A DNA stretch of 61,074 nt from Nemertoderma westbladi (Eukaryota; Animalia; Xenacoelomorpha): assembly GCA_032718475.1 (NCBI GenBank), contig JAUCBJ010009011.1, positions 1-61,074 of the forward strand. Direction: 5' to 3'. The position numbers were made by a program, and so were the translations under genes. This document shows positions 59,150-61,074 of this stretch, piece after piece (the stretch's first letter is position 1; every line of letters starts with the position of its first letter). Under the pieces are notes generated by a model. The model made no database searches, was not told the DNA's origin, and saw nothing but the letters and a program-made list of their open reading frames with translations.

Positions 59150-60420
59150 TGATGCAGCAGTGTTGCCGAAACGACGAAAGTCTAAAGCCTGGTTCGATAA
59201 AGATTGCTATGAAGCCAAAAAACTTTAGAGTTCAGCTTCAAGCAATTTCAGGAAACCGAAAACGTCTCACTGCCACAAAAAGGGTCTACAAACAGATGCT
59301 GTTGAAGAAGAAAAGGGAGTATGAGATCCGCAAGGAAATGAAGTTAATAGATAAAAGTTGGACAAATCAGAATTCTGGAACATTTTAAAGTCAAAACCTC
59401 AATCTAAGCCTGTCTCACAACAGGTTCCCAAAGAAGCATGGTCTGGACAATTTACAAAATTACTGTCTGCAAAACCGGACCCCCATGTCCAAGTGTTCCA
59501 GAACAGCCATGTGAAACCCTGGACTCTGAAATTCGTCAATGTGAAATTACAGATGCTGTTGCAAATTCGAAAAATAAGAAAGCCACAGGCCCAGATGGAA
59601 TCAGTAATGAAATCATAAAGATTGGTTTTGGCCTTCTATTACCGTATATGTTCGCTCTGTTTTCACTGTGCTTCTCATCGGCTGCAATCCCGATAGTGTG
59701 GTTGACGGCTTATCTGATACCACTGTAAAAAGGAAAGGGTCCGAAGGGCTCACCCAACTGTTACCGTAGCATCGCATTGCTAACCTGTTTATTAAAGTGT
59801 TATACACCTCTATATTGGCAACGAGACAACACGTACACCTGGGCCGATTCATATCATATTCTCCCGCCAGAACAATTCGGCTTCCGGTAAAAGATGTCTA
59901 CTATAATGGCAGTCAGACTACTCCGAGAATATATAACCAAAGCGCTAATACCACTAGAGAGAGGGTAACCTCTACTGTGTGTTCGTAGATTTCACCAAAG
60001 CATTCGATACCGTTGACCGTGGAAAGTTGTGCAATAAGTTATCAATATTAGGGGTAAGCCGTAAGTTTCTTGCTGTCAATTTTGTACGGATCTGTATAGG
60101 CGATTTTCTACTCGATCCCATTAAGCAGACAGTCGGGGTGTTGCAAGGTGATAAATTGTCACCCTTACTTTTTAGTTTATTTATTTCCGACCTGTCGTCT
60201 ATTTTATTAATTGCCTCAAGTTTGTGCATAATGTTTGCCGATGATCTAGTGATAATTTGAAAATCCACTGCTGATATCCAACGAAGTTTAAATAGGTTAC
60301 ACAAATATTGTGTTGACAATAATTTAACGGTAAATATAAGTAAGACTAAGGCAGTAAAATTTCGTAGAAGTGATAGACTCTCGCGGTTCAGTTATAACGG
60401 TGTGCAGTTGGAATTCCAAA
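59150..60420 (+). pseudogene. Decayed LINE RT fragment
   Basis: KPWFDKDC, KKATGPDGISNE, YRSIAL, FVDFTKAFDTVDR, GVLQGDKLSPLLF, MFADD, VNISKTK. Confidence 0.88.
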
Positions 60421-60838
60421 ATAACATACTTAACATAACATATTGACAATACAGTACAATACTAAAAACCAGAAATCAATATCTCTATTTTTTAAATTGA
60501 TAATTTTCCACCTTATCGTGGAATAGCCCCATAGATATTGTATAGGCATACCGCTGTTGCACTTGTAGCATCAATTTTATTTTTTTTATTTGTTGTTGTT
60601 TTAGTTCCTTAATTTGGTTCCTACTATGTAAATACACCGAGGTCAAATTTTCCCGACTCAGTCCACATTTGGAACTTTAAATTTATAATACTACCCCTGT
60701 CCAGGCCCACGTTGCGTTGATGGCACACCTATGATTAAATTAATGTACTTAAATTCCCACACATTGGAACCGCAATGATGTACTGTACGTACCGTACATG
60801 GACCCTGTTTTAGTACTGTAGAACACTGTTATAGAAGG

Positions 60839-61074
60839 GAGACAGGGGGGGGGGGGGGGGGGGGGGCCACTGGACGCAAAACCGCCTTGCCGAATTAATA
60901 TCCCGCCTCAATGTTAACTTCTCAATTAAGGGAAAGGAGCAGGTTACAGTGGCACGTTATTTATCAAAACAAAAACTAAACACAATAGAACAGGTTACTG
61001 TTTTATTTTCGAGAGTAATCAGCTGTTATTTGCGTCCAATTTCACCTGGAGGGGGTGAATTTGTATTGGGTCCA
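60839..61074. mobile_element. Inverted copy of the 56089-56336 MITE, running off the window end
   Basis: Reverse complement matches 56.1-56.3k (CTGGACGCAAAA..CCGCCTTG..GAATTAATATCCCGCCTCAATG). Confidence 0.85.

Overview
Eukaryotic, AT-rich, animal-like genomic DNA, almost entirely transposon-derived. The only clear host gene is an intronless IST1 (ESCRT-III) homolog at 3101-4429. The rest is nested mobile DNA: decayed LINEs, tRNA-derived SINE heads, several MITEs with visible TIRs/TSDs, an IS3EU-like integrase with a HECT remnant, a pogo-type transposon (22411-31520) carrying a short-LTR Gypsy (24971-29664), a hATm-like transposase split by a Helentron/Crypton-like element, and a Tip100/P52rIPK-like hAT. 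The standout is a young 14.3-kb BEL/Pao LTR retrotransposon (33314-47587; 538-bp LTRs identical by eye; CGGAT TSD). Downstream of pol it carries an array of 23 short hairpins and an intact ~845-aa extra ORF. That ORF is not env: it looks like an RNase D/WRN/EXD-like DEDDy 3'-5' exonuclease fused to three CCHC zinc knuckles. The element also has a very long low-complexity Gag N-terminus and no canonical TGG tRNA primer-binding site. All family assignments come from motif recognition by eye; no database searches were run.
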